NCBI GenBank assembly: GCA_002811645.1
Contig: PDIP01000057.1
Span: 148,297 to 212,296 of the forward strand
Reading direction: 5' to 3'
Length of the DNA stretch: 64,000 bases
Source: Corallochytrium limacisporum Hawaii
Lineage: Eukaryota > Protista > Pluriformea
Position numbers and translations under genes: made by a program. Shown one piece after another: positions 1 to 11,884 of this stretch; within the stretch, counting starts at the first letter, position 1, and each line of letters starts with the position of its first letter. Under the pieces are notes generated by a model, which saw only the letters and a program-made list of their open reading frames with translations, was not told where the DNA came from and ran no database searches.

Positions 1-1134
1 CCCCCCACAGGGCCCCCGGGGGAAGGGGGGGGGCAGAGAGGGAAGAAAACTCAAGCGTGCGTCGGTACTGAGGTCAGGGAAGGGCAGGAACAATAGCGGA
101 CACTGTGAAAAAAACCGGGGGGGAGGGGAGAGAAAGAGAAAAGGGCAATGCGCAAGCAAAAAACGAAAGCCCCCAGGCTCGTGGCTATGCCACCAAAGGC
201 AAGGGAGCGCACCACAGCCCCTCAGCACAGCAGGAGCAGCTCACTACGGCCTGGTTTCATCCGCAGAAATTTTATGCACACATCTGGCCGCTCCCGTACG
301 TTATTACCTCATTCAGCAGTCATCTTCCTTAATTAATCACGTTCTTCCAGTATTGAACCGGCACAACTAACTGAAATTCTCGGCCGGACTACCCACCAAC
401 CCCTTCGCGAGCTGATGTCAATATGCAGCGCGCACCTTCGGGAACGAGCTCTGTCACCGTTGGTCGGTTGGTTCGGACTCGTCGCGGTGTTTTCAGTACT
501 GAAAACAAGCCCCTCTCCCTTCCTTGGCTTCCCCTTGCTCTCTGGTGTCCTGGACCCGCCGCCCGGGTTCGAGGGGCGGGCCTACCACCTCTTTTTTCTT
601 CGGAGGTGCCATTTCCTTGGGCCTTTGTTTTGCCTTTTTTTTCCTCCTGGCCCTGGCTCTCACTCGCCAGCACCTCCTCCTCCACGCGTCCCCCCTCCCC
701 CTTTTTGTCTTTATCCTCCCCTTCCCGCCGGCGGCCTTCCCCTCCTCCGCGAAGAAAGGAGGGGGGAGGGGGGACCAGGACTGCGAGGGATAGAGACTCT
801 CTCGCCAGAAGGAAGGGGGGAGCGATGTGGAGAGGACAGTTTCCATACCGAAAGTACCGACGCAGATCAGATCGCGAGAGCGACCGGACGGACGGGAAGG
901 GCGAGAGCGATGAAAAGATCGAGACCCACACCGGGAAATCAGGGAGGAGGAAAGGAGACATCGTGCTCGTTTCCACTTTTTTGATATCCTTCGTAGCTTC
1001 TCTATTTCTATTTCTACCTGCATTGTACTCTCACTACGGGCTATTTTTTTGTGTTCTGGTCTTGTGCTCACACGCGCACTCTTCGCATTCGTTCATGGGA
1101 CGGAAGGCGGGGGCCCGGACACCATCACACAAAA

Positions 1135-1390
1135 CTGCAAAAATGTAAATAAAAAGTTAGTAGCGGAAGAATGAAATGGCATGACTTGGCGGCCTCTCCC
1201 CCCCTCTCCCCTCGTTCCCTCTCCTCCCCCTACGCCCCGTTTTCTCCTCCCAGTCTTCGGGTGGATACGTGACGGTGTGTGGTCGGCACGAGAGGTATAA
1301 TGAAACCGCCTCCCCATACCCTCTAAAGAAAAAAATTATGAGAGCAGTGGCGCTTTTGACTCCCCAACCCAACCCAACCCCCAACCTTAC
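1135..1390 (-). other. Probable minus-strand 5'-leader intron of an off-window gene
   Basis: Minus strand: TACTAAC (1162-1156), a U-rich tract and TTGCAG ending at 1135; candidate donor GTAAGG at 1390. Confidence 0.5.
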
Positions 1391-2189
1391 CCGCTCCCGT
1401 TTTCGCTCGCTCACTGTTTCTCTCTCTCTGTCCCCAGTAATCTGTCTGGGCTCACTATCTGCCGCATTTTGGTGCACAAAATTTTTGTTGTCTCGGCTGG
1501 CCCCCGCTGTGCCTTCCCTTCCGTCCCGTTTCATCGCCGTACGGGCCTGTACCGACTGCGGCAAGTCACAGTTGTGGTGCTGAAGCGAGGTGGGGCCGGC
1601 CCTCCCAGGGTTGGGGGAAGGGGGGGGGGGGAGAATGAGCGGTTGGTTGGTCTCTTAGACTCCCTCCCCTCCTCCCCTCCCCTCCGGCCAAGCGGAGGAG
1701 TATTGGTTTCGAGCCGCAAAGCACACCGCCGCCGCCGAACCAAGCATACACCGACACCGAGACCGTGGGTCCGTGGGCCACCACGACGTAAGGTCTATTC
1801 CTTCAAAGAGCAAAGGCTCATTTAACACGCGCAGAGCAGGCATCTCGCACGCACACAGAGCACAGCCAGGAGCGGTGGTGGACTTTGAGAACGAATTTCA
1901 TTCTCTAATAAACTAGTTGGACTTTCGAGGGTCTGGTAAATGGTAGCCCGAAGTTTTGGCTGTATTGCTGCGGCGGAGGTAGATCAGAACTAAAATCTCT
2001 ACGTGGATAGAATTGCATTCGAATTAGCGGACGATAATTACAGAACACCCGTCAGGGCCGGCAAGCATATTAAGAAAATAGAAACAGGGCCATTAAACAT
2101 AATGAGTATTTTCTACCGTTGACATAGACCAACATCAAGAAACAAGAGAGGTAGTAGAAAAATCTAAAAATTTACACGAACAGATCAGA

Positions 2190-5006
2190 ATGAGTGACGC
2201 AGGTAGTGTCGCCAGCGGTGGCTACGACGAGCAGCATGAGGAACGTCACCCAGCAGAACAGCATCCCGCGGAGCGTGGAGAGAGTGCAGGCGATAACAAT
2301 GTCCTAGAGGAACAGATGGGGCCAACCAGGCCAACTGCTTCGAGTTTGAGGAACTCACGGGTGCTGAGTACGTCCGAGCAATACGATTTGCATTTTACCT
2401 TGGTGGGCTGCAAGGACCTGGCCAAGAAGGACTTGTTTGGACTCAGTGACCCATACTGCAGGTTGTGGGTAAACAAGGCCGACCAGCTCAAGATGAGCAC
2501 CGTCAAGAAGAAAACATTGACTCCGAAGTACAATGAATCGTTCGTTTTCCGGGTGAACCCGGCCTCTACGACTATACATGTTCACGTCTATGACAAGAAT
2601 CGTCTGACCCGTGATGACTTTCTGGGTGCTGTGGAAGTACAGCTGAAAAATTTCCCAGTTGAAGGCAATGAGTCGTGGGGTCCAGCTACGAACCGCGTGA
2701 TTTGCATGAACCTGAAGGCCAAGATTGGCAAGCCTCAGCGCGTACAGGGAACGATTGAGTTTAAGTTGTGGTATCTGGGAAGGACACAGGCCACCATTGA
2801 TCCCCTCGCAAAGAATTTGAATAACATGCAGGTCAGCGAAGCGGGCTCCCTGACCTCCTTGAATGGACCTCAAGCGCGGCCGAACAAGTCTCGCAATGCC
2901 ACTGTGGCTCAAGTCGCGGCGGCCGCTGGTGGCACTGAACGTCTCCGCGACCAACTGCTGGATGAACCTGTTGTGCCTAATGGTGCCGCAGGAACCAGCA
3001 ATGGCAATGTCATGCCGACACAGTCAAGTGATGGTGAGGATGAGCTGCCCGAAGGCTGGGACCAACGGTGCGATCAGAACTATCGAATCTACTATGTCCA
3101 TCACGCTAGCCGTACAGTGACCTTTGAAAGGCCGACAGTGGAAAATGCAGACCGTTTGATACAATCATTGGAAGCACAGAGGCGCCAGCAGCTGTATCGT
3201 AACTCCATCCTGACCCGCAACCACGAGGCGGCTGGCGGTGCTGCAGCAGGTGCTTTGGAAGGCGAGGAGCTGCCAACCCCGGACATGGGCGTGCCCACTA
3301 CAGGCGAAGACAGTGCGAACGAGGCTGGCAGACAACTGGATCCTAGTAGCTCATCAGCTCAGGCGGTGAAAGCCTTGCCATCGATCAAGGATAACATTGT
3401 GCCGGGCCTGGCTGACAAACGGAAGGGAGCTGACCTCAGTGGCAATACTCCCTCTGTTGCACATGCGAACGGACACCACGCTCTGACTCCAACTGCGAGC
3501 TCCGGACGGCCACGTAGCGCATCGGGCGGCAAGAAGAGTAAGAAAGATGATGCGAAGTATCAGGCCCTTCCTGCTGGTTGGGAAGTGCGTTGCATGCCGG
3601 ACGGCCGCGTGTTCTTTGTCGATCACAACACAAAGACCACGACGTGGACAGACCCTCGCTTACACCAAGACAAAAAGGGACAAGCACACGGTGGTGGTGC
3701 CACAGGCACTCGCAGCTCACACACCAAACAGCTCGGCCCACTCGAACCTGGATGGGAAGAGCGCCGGATGCCTGATGGCCGGATCTTTTTCGTCGATCAT
3801 AACACGCGCACCACACAGTGGGAAGATCCCCGTCTGCACAGAAATCGCCAGGGAACCCAGGCCGTTGCTTACAGCCGAAACTACAAGCAGAAGTTGGCCT
3901 ACTTCCGGTCCAAGCTGCGCCAGCAGGAGGGAAAGATGGAAATCATCATCAATCGCAGCAACCTCTTCGAAGACTCGTTCCGTGCAGTAATGAACAACAA
4001 CCCTACCGATCTCAAGAAGCGCCTGTGGATCATCTTTGAGGGGGAGGAGGCCCTTGATTACGGTGGCGTCGCCCGTGAATGGTTCTTCGATCTGAGTCAC
4101 GAGATGTTCAATCCGTACTACGGTCTTTTCGAGTACTCTGCCGCAGACACATACACGCTGCAGCTGAATCCTAATTCTGGGGTCAACCCGGAGCACCTGG
4201 AATACTTTAAGTTCATTGGGCGGGTTACAGGTATGGCTGTGTTCCACGGCAAGCTCATTGATGCCTATTTTGTACCGAGCTTCTACAAGATGATGCTGGG
4301 CAAGGAGCCCACGCTCGAGGACATGGAAACCGTGGATATGGAGTTCTACAATTCCATGAAGTGGGTGCTCAGTAATGATATTGAGGATGTCCTGGACCTG
4401 ACTTTCAGCATGGATCAGAATATCTACGGTGAGCTGGTCGAGGTGGACCTGAAGCCGGATGGTCGCAACATTGTTGTTACCGATGAGAACAAGTTTGATT
4501 ACGTCAGACTCGTGACCGACTGGCGTCTGAAGCGGGGTATCCAAGAACAGATGTCTGCCTTTATGGAAGGTTTCAACGAGTTCATTCCCCAGAACTTGAT
4601 CCAGCTCTTTGACTCCAAGGAATTGGAACTGTTGCTGGGTGGTATAACCGAGATTGATGTCAAGGATTGGCAGCACAACACAGAGTACCGCAGCGGCTAC
4701 AACCCAAAGGAAGAGGTTATCGTCTGGCTATGGAAATTCATCTCAGAGATGGACAACGAAATGAAGGCACGGACACTTCAGTTTGTCACGGGTACATCGC
4801 GTGTGCCGATGAATGGCTTCAAGGAACTTCACGGAAGCGACGGACCTCGCCGCTTCTGCGTCGAAAAGTGGGGACGGCCTGACAATCTCCCGCGTGCCCA
4901 CACATGCTTTAACCGTCTAGACTTGCCGCCCTATGAGAACGAAAAGCAACTGCGTCAGAAGCTGCTCATTGCAATTGAAAACACCCGCGGTTTTGGACAG
5001 GAATAA
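2190..5006 (+). CDS. NEDD4: NEDD4/Rsp5-family HECT E3 ubiquitin ligase (C2, 3 WW, HECT), intronless
   Basis: 938-aa ORF. C2 domain ([26 protein letters not shown]); three WW domains ([39 protein letters not shown]); HECT with [10 protein letters not shown] and catalytic [16 protein letters not shown]. Confidence 0.97.
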   Translation: MSDAGSVASGGYDEQHEERHPAEQHPAERGESAGDNNVLEEQMGPTRPTASSLRNSRVLSTSEQYDLHFTLVGCKDLAKKDLFGLSDPYCRLWVNKADQLKMSTVKKKTLTPKYNESFVFRVNPASTTIHVHVYDKNRLTRDDFLGAVEVQLKNFPVEGNESWGPATNRVICMNLKAKIGKPQRVQGTIEFKLWYLGRTQATIDPLAKNLNNMQVSEAGSLTSLNGPQARPNKSRNATVAQVAAAAGGTERLRDQLLDEPVVPNGAAGTSNGNVMPTQSSDGEDELPEGWDQRCDQNYRIYYVHHASRTVTFERPTVENADRLIQSLEAQRRQQLYRNSILTRNHEAAGGAAAGALEGEELPTPDMGVPTTGEDSANEAGRQLDPSSSSAQAVKALPSIKDNIVPGLADKRKGADLSGNTPSVAHANGHHALTPTASSGRPRSASGGKKSKKDDAKYQALPAGWEVRCMPDGRVFFVDHNTKTTTWTDPRLHQDKKGQAHGGGATGTRSSHTKQLGPLEPGWEERRMPDGRIFFVDHNTRTTQWEDPRLHRNRQGTQAVAYSRNYKQKLAYFRSKLRQQEGKMEIIINRSNLFEDSFRAVMNNNPTDLKKRLWIIFEGEEALDYGGVAREWFFDLSHEMFNPYYGLFEYSAADTYTLQLNPNSGVNPEHLEYFKFIGRVTGMAVFHGKLIDAYFVPSFYKMMLGKEPTLEDMETVDMEFYNSMKWVLSNDIEDVLDLTFSMDQNIYGELVEVDLKPDGRNIVVTDENKFDYVRLVTDWRLKRGIQEQMSAFMEGFNEFIPQNLIQLFDSKELELLLGGITEIDVKDWQHNTEYRSGYNPKEEVIVWLWKFISEMDNEMKARTLQFVTGTSRVPMNGFKELHGSDGPRRFCVEKWGRPDNLPRAHTCFNRLDLPPYENEKQLRQKLLIAIENTRGFGQE

Positions 5007-5114
5007 CCACAACCACATACCGAACCAGAAAAACACAAAATTTCGATCATTTTATATTTTTAACCTTTGTGATTATTACTATTACATTTGCCCTGTATAC
5101 ACTAAATGATTTCT

Positions 5115-7529
5115 TTAAGCAATCATGAAGGTGTCCTTGTTGTTCGCCACCAACCGCTGTGCGTAGGCCTTGCCAATGATGCGTTCCAATTTCATGAGAT
5201 CATGAGGGCAGTAGAGCACCATACACAGGGCCTGGGTACCAGACTGGATCATGTTCAGCAGTTCAGCGTAGAACTGTGGATTCTCCGGTAGAGAGTAGAA
5301 GATCAGATGTTTGATGCCCTTAATGCGGTACCTCTTGAAGAAGTGAAAGCGTTCGCTCATCAGCACGTACCGTTCCTCGCCCTTGTGGAACGCCGTGCGC
5401 GTCCGACTCACATCAGGTCCGTCCGAGTACTCCGAGAGCTTGCCGAAGACCACCTCGGACCGCTTGCACCAATTCTGTACCTTGAGAAATTCAAAGTAGG
5501 TGCTGGTAAAGATCATGACGCCATCGAGCTTATTCTGGCGGACCTTTGGCCAGACATGCTGTGCAAAGTGGGCCAGGCGGGCATCCGGGATGTCAGCAAC
5601 GCCACTCGGAGAGAAACGGAGGAACGTCTGCGGCACTGATCGCAGCAATCGCGCGATAGCAACCTGGGTAGTGGGTGTGCGAAGAATGACCTTACCTGAC
5701 CCGTTGGCGCAATGACGCTTGAGCAGAGTTCTGGCTTGCGGGTGGTCGTAGCGGCTGAGAATAACTGTTTGGCGGTAGTTCTGCATGAGGCCGTCAATAT
5801 ACCAACTACGCAAGCGGCTAAAGTCTGTGTCCTCATGGCGGTCTTTCAGGTGCAGATTGGTGTGGGCCAGGAGGTGATTCAGATGATCAATATTCTGCAT
5901 CAGAATCGTGTCAAAGCCGTCCACAATACAAACCTCAATACTACTAAGAAAATCGTAGTCACCCGTCGCACCAGGGCGGGTCTTGCCAGTGTCGCGATCC
6001 TTGATATCCTTGTGCTCTCCGATAATTCTTCTCATGCGCAACGGCGATGCAAGAATGATGTCGGCATGGTAGAACTTTGTGTAGCAACGCAGACCTTTCC
6101 GGAGAACGGTAACACCCACGGCAAAATCATCATCAATGTTGCCATGAAAGACCTGCTGAAAATCCTTCGGCTTGATCGAAAAGTTGCCCATCTCTTCCTC
6201 GTCGGCGAATTCTTGGTAGAAACGCTTCCAGCCCCGGATTTGTCCCTTGACCTTTTTCATAGCCTTGCGCATGGCATCATTAGCCGAAGTTGCGTTGTCG
6301 TCCTTATCACTTTGAAAAGAAAGTGATGTGGCTGCACTGATTTTGCCAGTGGCATGTAATTGTGCGAGCATGCATACGTATTCATATGCAACGTTTCGCA
6401 TGGGTAGAACGACCAGGACCTTGGGACGGGTAAATCCTTGGTCGGCGTATCCGGTGTCATCGATTCCCGTGCCCGTTGTGTCTTCTCCTGCATCTGCCTT
6501 GGCCTTTAGCTTCGCGTTGTTCTTCAATACGCGATCGCGGCCACGAATGACATGGTTCAATGCATGGCACGTCAGCACCGCTCGGGCAGCTGTTCCTGGC
6601 ATGCCAGATTCGATCCCAGTCTCCAGGACATCCTTGTACGAGCACACAGCAGCCGCAAAGTCAGCGATCCGATTGCTGGACTTTGGTGCTTTGGACCTCT
6701 TCTTCTTTCCTCCCAGGGCTGCACTTCCTGAGTCCCTGAGAGTCTCTTTGACCGAGCAGTCAGCGTACACTTCATGTATGGCACGCGGCTCATCGTCATT
6801 GGCCTTCTTCAGTATATAGTCCGCCTCCGTGACCCCTGCGACCAGCGCAGGAGTACCGTTGGCAAGGGTTTCCTTCTCAAAACGATTAGCGGAGGTGTTC
6901 TTCAGGACCTGGCTATAGTCTGCCACCATCTGGGCCTTGTAGCCAATCGCCGCCTGTATTTCGTCTTCAACATCCTCCGAGTCCGAGTCGACGTCCACTG
7001 TATTCGGCGGGGTCTCTGATGCCTCTTCGTCCTCACCGTCGTCATAGTCATCGTCTTCCTCTACTGGAGGAGCTTCGTCGAAATCGTCCTCACTTTCTTC
7101 AATGTGATGATCTTGATATCCATTTTCCTCCTCAAGGTCTCGGCCCCCGGTGTTTTCGGAGATATCTTCGCCATCCGCACTACCATCCATTTCTTCGTCG
7201 TCTTCACGTTCTTGTTGTGCCTTAATCAGCGCTGCCTTCCCCTTTAGGCCCAAAGATTTGACCAAATCAGTGTATGCATTCTGGTTCTCATCTTGTTCGT
7301 CCTCAGCAAGTAGTTTCTGATACTCCTGGTCGATAGCTTCTGCCTTCAATGCCGGCCGATCCGCTTCCTCGAGGTCACGCTCGGTCAGCTTTACCCGGCG
7401 ACGCTTTGCAATGGCATTTTCGATGTCACCCTCACGTTCCGCGGCGGTGTTCTCCAGGGTACCATATTCTGTTAGACGTTCTTTGTCTTTCCTCGAAAGA
7501 GATCGTCCACCTTTCCGTTTGTTGCCCAT
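5115..7529 (-). CDS. UTP25: U3 snoRNA-associated protein 25 (UTP25/DIEXF, DUF1253)
   Basis: 804 aa. Acidic N-terminus; motifs DQGFTRPKVLVVLPMRN, FHGNIDDDF, FYHADIILASPL, DFLSSIEVCIVD, LMSERFHFFKRYRIKG. Confidence 0.95.
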   Translation of the reverse strand: MGNKRKGGRSLSRKDKERLTEYGTLENTAAEREGDIENAIAKRRRVKLTERDLEEADRPALKAEAIDQEYQKLLAEDEQDENQNAYTDLVKSLGLKGKAALIKAQQEREDDEEMDGSADGEDISENTGGRDLEEENGYQDHHIEESEDDFDEAPPVEEDDDYDDGEDEEASETPPNTVDVDSDSEDVEDEIQAAIGYKAQMVADYSQVLKNTSANRFEKETLANGTPALVAGVTEADYILKKANDDEPRAIHEVYADCSVKETLRDSGSAALGGKKKRSKAPKSSNRIADFAAAVCSYKDVLETGIESGMPGTAARAVLTCHALNHVIRGRDRVLKNNAKLKAKADAGEDTTGTGIDDTGYADQGFTRPKVLVVLPMRNVAYEYVCMLAQLHATGKISAATSLSFQSDKDDNATSANDAMRKAMKKVKGQIRGWKRFYQEFADEEEMGNFSIKPKDFQQVFHGNIDDDFAVGVTVLRKGLRCYTKFYHADIILASPLRMRRIIGEHKDIKDRDTGKTRPGATGDYDFLSSIEVCIVDGFDTILMQNIDHLNHLLAHTNLHLKDRHEDTDFSRLRSWYIDGLMQNYRQTVILSRYDHPQARTLLKRHCANGSGKVILRTPTTQVAIARLLRSVPQTFLRFSPSGVADIPDARLAHFAQHVWPKVRQNKLDGVMIFTSTYFEFLKVQNWCKRSEVVFGKLSEYSDGPDVSRTRTAFHKGEERYVLMSERFHFFKRYRIKGIKHLIFYSLPENPQFYAELLNMIQSGTQALCMVLYCPHDLMKLERIIGKAYAQRLVANNKDTFMIA

Positions 7530-9235
7530 CTTGGCCGTTTACCACTGATCGCCATTAAGACTGGACCAAACTATCCACGACCAACGTAAGACACAGCATA
7601 ATCAGAGTGCCGACATTGCTGGTTCTCCTCTTCAACGCTTTTTGCCAAATACACAGCCAAGAATTTTGCACAGACGACCATGTCCACGGCTGCGAGTTTT
7701 CGAATACCAGTGGTATAGACCGGGCCCGTCTCGCTCCGCGTGGGTGCGCACCGGGCGCGCGCTCTCTACCCGGAAACGAGACCCGCACTTCCTCTCCCCC
7801 TCCCACCTCCCGTCCCTTTGGCCCTTCATTCTATTAACTGAACCCGTAATTTAAATATTGCCGCCGGGGATGAGGGGATCCCAATCCCCCCCCCCAAACG
7901 CCGAGATAGGCCGACACCTGCCGCAGCGTGAGCGGACGGACGGACGGTGGCACGCAATCAAACAGCGCCTGGTAACAAAAAAACCGGTGCATTCACCGCC
8001 GGCCGGAACCTCAAAAGACTTTCCCCAGGTACGAGGCGCATACGAGCGTGGCAGCGAACCGTCGAGACTACCCCCCCCCCCCGCGGCGGTGTCCTCCGGA
8101 ATGAGGCAAAAACTCAATCACCGATCTTCCCCGCCCCGTGGGTTTGAGGCCCAAAAAGCGAGTTCATTTGTTATTGATCGGCTGGCTGGGAAATGGAAAA
8201 CGTCATCCTTACGACCATTCCTCTCATTTGTTTCTGATTGAGACGGAGGAAAAAATTCTTCGTGCTCGGTCTTTGAGAATACTATGAGGAAGAAACACTA
8301 GCCAAAAGTGAAAGCCGTTGCAAGAAACTGGTCATACTAAATCAACCCTTAACGCGGACTGTTTTGCCGTTTTGCCTTTATTTGCCAACCCCCCCCCCCT
8401 TTTTCGAATCCAAGTCCGATGCCTTTTGGACCGGAACCGAGCAGGATGGCAATCCTGCGGACGAGAACTTTGGTGGACCCAGGTGCGCCCGGTATAACGA
8501 ATGTACCACAGGTTATATCACCGAACGCGGCGCTTCCTCCAGAGCGGTGGAAGGTGTGCGCTGATGGACTTATCCTTTTATCCCCGCCGTCCCCGGCACA
8601 CTCTCACCAGCAAGGCCACCACCAGCTGAAAGCGCTTTGGGCCTTGGCCAAGGGCTTTTTCCCATCACCGGTAGCAGAATAAGATTCTCGGCAGCTTTGC
8701 TAATTATGTGCATCCTCCGCGACTCCCAATGACGTATCCGCGGCTCTCATGTATAAACTACGGGCGAGAGTTTGATTGTGTGCCCCTTTGACCGCCACTG
8801 GGACGCATAAGGCAAAACACAGGAACAACAGTGCTTACTGTGCCCCGAAGGAGGAGCGTTACTCACCCACTTTTATTGACTCAATACCGAAGCAATAGAC
8901 TTAAGGGGTGTGTTTCTGGTGGGTTGTGGCGCCAGTGTGTGCGAAAAGAAGGCACAATACTGAGTTGTAAGCGAAAGGGACCAAGCCGTGCGATAGCGCC
9001 CTTAATAGTTCTGTGACGATAAGGCTGAATTCCCACTTGTAGCGAATCAGCATACATCATGGCGCATGGGCTGCATTAAAGTGAAATATTGTTCGGACAG
9101 CAAACTTTTGCTACTCGGTGCGCACGACCATTACGGGTATTCAGAGGAATATGAATCCTGTTGAATATTCCACATCATCATTCCTTTTCTTAAACTAGTC
9201 ACGAAACCTTTCGGGTATCAGACAAATCTTCCAAC

Positions 9236-9889
9236 ATGGCCGGAAAGGACGACGAATACGATTACCTGTTCAAGGTGGTTCTGATTGGTGACTCTGGCGT
9301 CGGCAAATCTAATTTGCTTAGCCGTTTCACTCGCAACGAATTCAACCTGGAGTCTAAGTCGACTATTGGCGTGGAGTTTGCTACTCGCAGCATCCAGATT
9401 GAGGGCAAGACCGTCAAGGCACAGATTTGGGACACTGCTGGACAGGAACGTTACAGGGCCATCACCTCTGCATACTACCGTGGTGCCGTCGGAGCATTAT
9501 TGGTGTACGATATTGCTAAGCATCAGACGTACGAAAACGTTGAGCGCTGGCTGAAGGAGCTCCGTGACCACGCCGAGGAATCCATTGTGATTATGCTGGT
9601 TGGAAACAAGAGTGATTTGCGCCACCTCCGGGCTGTCCCCACTGAGGAGGCCAAGGGCTTTGCAGAGAAGCAGACTCTGTCCTTCATCGAAACCTCTGCT
9701 CTGGATGCCACAAACGTTGAGGAGGCTTTCGAAAACATCTTGACAGAAATCTATAAGAAGATGAGCAGTAAGCAGCTTGCGGGTGACGATAACGAGGTCG
9801 CTGTGCCCTCAAGCAATGTGGAGAAGATCATTGTTGCACCCACTGCGGAAAACAATGCGGCAAAGAAGAATAACTGCGGTTGCCAGTAA
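9236..9889 (+). CDS. RAB11: Rab11 small GTPase
   Basis: [57 protein letters not shown]; C-terminal CGCQ prenylation motif. Confidence 0.98.
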   Translation: MAGKDDEYDYLFKVVLIGDSGVGKSNLLSRFTRNEFNLESKSTIGVEFATRSIQIEGKTVKAQIWDTAGQERYRAITSAYYRGAVGALLVYDIAKHQTYENVERWLKELRDHAEESIVIMLVGNKSDLRHLRAVPTEEAKGFAEKQTLSFIETSALDATNVEEAFENILTEIYKKMSSKQLAGDDNEVAVPSSNVEKIIVAPTAENNAAKKNNCGCQ

Positions 9890-10087
9890 GTGCATTTTGC
9901 GGGATCTCAACATCATTGAATTCATTTTGGTATATAAAGCATTCCTCCATTCGTAAGAAAGTCTAACTATGTTACATGCCAGTGCCACGGGAAGCAAATG
10001 CACACTAGATAGTCGTGGAACGGTATCACGAAATGGAATGAGTGTTTTCGACACGGTTGTTTTATTTGATCATTAACTGTAGGTTCT

Positions 10088-10702
10088 TCACTCGCTCAAA
10101 ATCCTTTCGGTCTGGTCCCAGAACGCGTTGACGGCCTGGAAACGAGTCATTTGTTCAACATCAAACGTCATCTTCTTGATGTCTTTAGTCTTCTTGACAC
10201 TGTCCTTGACGCAGATGTTGGCTTCCCAGCTCGTCGAGGAGCTTGTGTTCGTCCACTGTAGGGGAGCGATGAAATTGTAGAGGTCACGAATAGCGAGGGC
10301 ATCCTGGTTGGAGCGGGATATGTGCTCCACCTTCCTTTCCTCAGACGAAACCTTTGTGAATGTCGACTCAGCATGCCTCTTGTTGTTCTGAAGACCTCTG
10401 CATTCGTCCTCCAGTACGTTAGCAAGCTTGGCCAGGGTGAGTTGTTCGTTTTCCATGGCTTCCTTCTTGGCTTCAAACTGTTCCTCGGATTCAGGCTCAA
10501 CGATTTGCGCGTCTGTGTCCTTTGCGCGTTCTGTGAGCTCCCTGATGGTGTCGGCTGCAGTCCTTATCTTCTTCTTGTATTCGGTGGTTGCCTCTTCCAG
10601 CCTCCAGTGAATGTCGACGAGGCCATCCTGATCAGTGTTCTGGTCGAAGATGTGCTGCATCTCCTTCAGAATAGCCCGTGTTTCGGTAAAAATTGCGCTC
10701 AT
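10088..10702 (-). CDS. SPC24: Probable kinetochore Ndc80-complex subunit Spc24
   Basis: 204 aa. Long N-terminal coiled coil, then a short globular tail (LYNFIAPLQW...FDVEQMTRFQAVNAFWDQ) matching the Spc24 LY..I..I.W ... F...Y/FW pattern. Confidence 0.65.
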   Translation of the reverse strand: MSAIFTETRAILKEMQHIFDQNTDQDGLVDIHWRLEEATTEYKKKIRTAADTIRELTERAKDTDAQIVEPESEEQFEAKKEAMENEQLTLAKLANVLEDECRGLQNNKRHAESTFTKVSSEERKVEHISRSNQDALAIRDLYNFIAPLQWTNTSSSTSWEANICVKDSVKKTKDIKKMTFDVEQMTRFQAVNAFWDQTERILSE

Positions 10703-11025
10703 TTTGAAGGCTTATGTGTAATAGACTCTAACTAGGCAACCAGTACCCGCTGTCGTACCAACTACGTCAAGTTCATTACACAAAGGAAATCTGACACGTA
10801 GCAGATGCACTTCCTCCGTTGTACCTTTCTTCATCTCATCAAGTCATGATCCAATCCTCGCAGCACACTAACCGTTGTGCTGCATAGATATTATGCTAAC
10901 GTCTACTCTAGTTATATTAGAACAGAACCATTCTTGAGTCAGAGGACATGCATGTAAGCTAGTTTGTCAAGAAACGGTTCCGGGGTCTTGGCCCGCCATT
11001 TCGGCACCCAGAGGGCAAACCCCCC

Positions 11026-11046
11026 TTTGAATTTCTGGCGGGAAAA
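11026..11046. promoter_or_regulatory. Candidate CHR (TTTGAA) + E2F (GGCGGGAAA) composite element upstream of SPC24
   Basis: tttgaa-tttct-ggcgggaaaa about 330 bp upstream of the SPC24 start. Confidence 0.4.
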
Positions 11047-11884
11047 GGGGTCCTCTCAGCCTGTCCCGCTTGGTTATTCGGTCAGTAATACCGAATGTAC
11101 GGCAGTTCTACCGGTCGGATTTCCTAGCCAATAGGCTCCATAGCGAAAGTACGGGGCGCTTTCCAGGACTTTTTAAATGAGGGTTTCAGTGTTAAGAATG
11201 GCAAAGTTCATGTTCTCTGGGGAAGCATATGTTTTTCGCACCTGGGGGCTTTTTGCTCCCATACTTTTCCAACCCTTCCGTCACTTTCAAAGACCCTCCA
11301 TTTTCCACAGACGTGTCTGCCTTGAACTCCTGGGCTTTTGTTTACGAAGGCTGTGCATGCTACTGAATGTACTGAACTTAGCAAGCGCCAATTGTTGTTT
11401 CGGGCACGCAGCCAGCGGTGAAAACACAACATAAAATCGGCAAGACCAACCCTGTTCTCTTCTGTTCCAGTAGCATAACCATAGGGGACACACAAGTGTT
11501 TGCCGGACCAGCCCTGTCCGCACACCACATGACCCCGGTGGTTTTCACTGCCAATGTACTGGGGTGGAGAATTTCTACCCGCACGTCGTGGGTCAAACGG
11601 AAAGAGCTCGGTTGAAGTCAGCAGGGCTGTCTGTTACTTGCAGGGCCCAAAGGATATTCTTTTGGTACAACGGTTTATTGCTCAGTTCCCGCAAGGAACC
11701 GGCGTCTGATTATGTAAGTGGGATAGTTATCTGCGAAACCAATTGTAAATTTTGTCGCGTCAAACTTGTTGTCTGGTATAAATGAACCGTTCCCGGCGTA
11801 AACAACATTGTATGTATGTTCGAGCGATCAACCACTGGCTTTATATCTACTAGTACGGGTTCGATTATAGCTTTATTTTTCAAC

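Noticed and set aside
389-1825. Overlapping 100-240 aa ORFs; similar ones at 15466-16106, 23868-24965, 33810-35339 and 43003-43992
   Set aside because: Translations of G/C homopolymer and microsatellite DNA with no domain motifs; many have non-ATG starts.
1788-1834. GTAAGG...CAG 47-nt leader intron before NEDD4
   Set aside because: Branch point (TTTAAC) is weak relative to TACTAAC; not supportable without RNA data.
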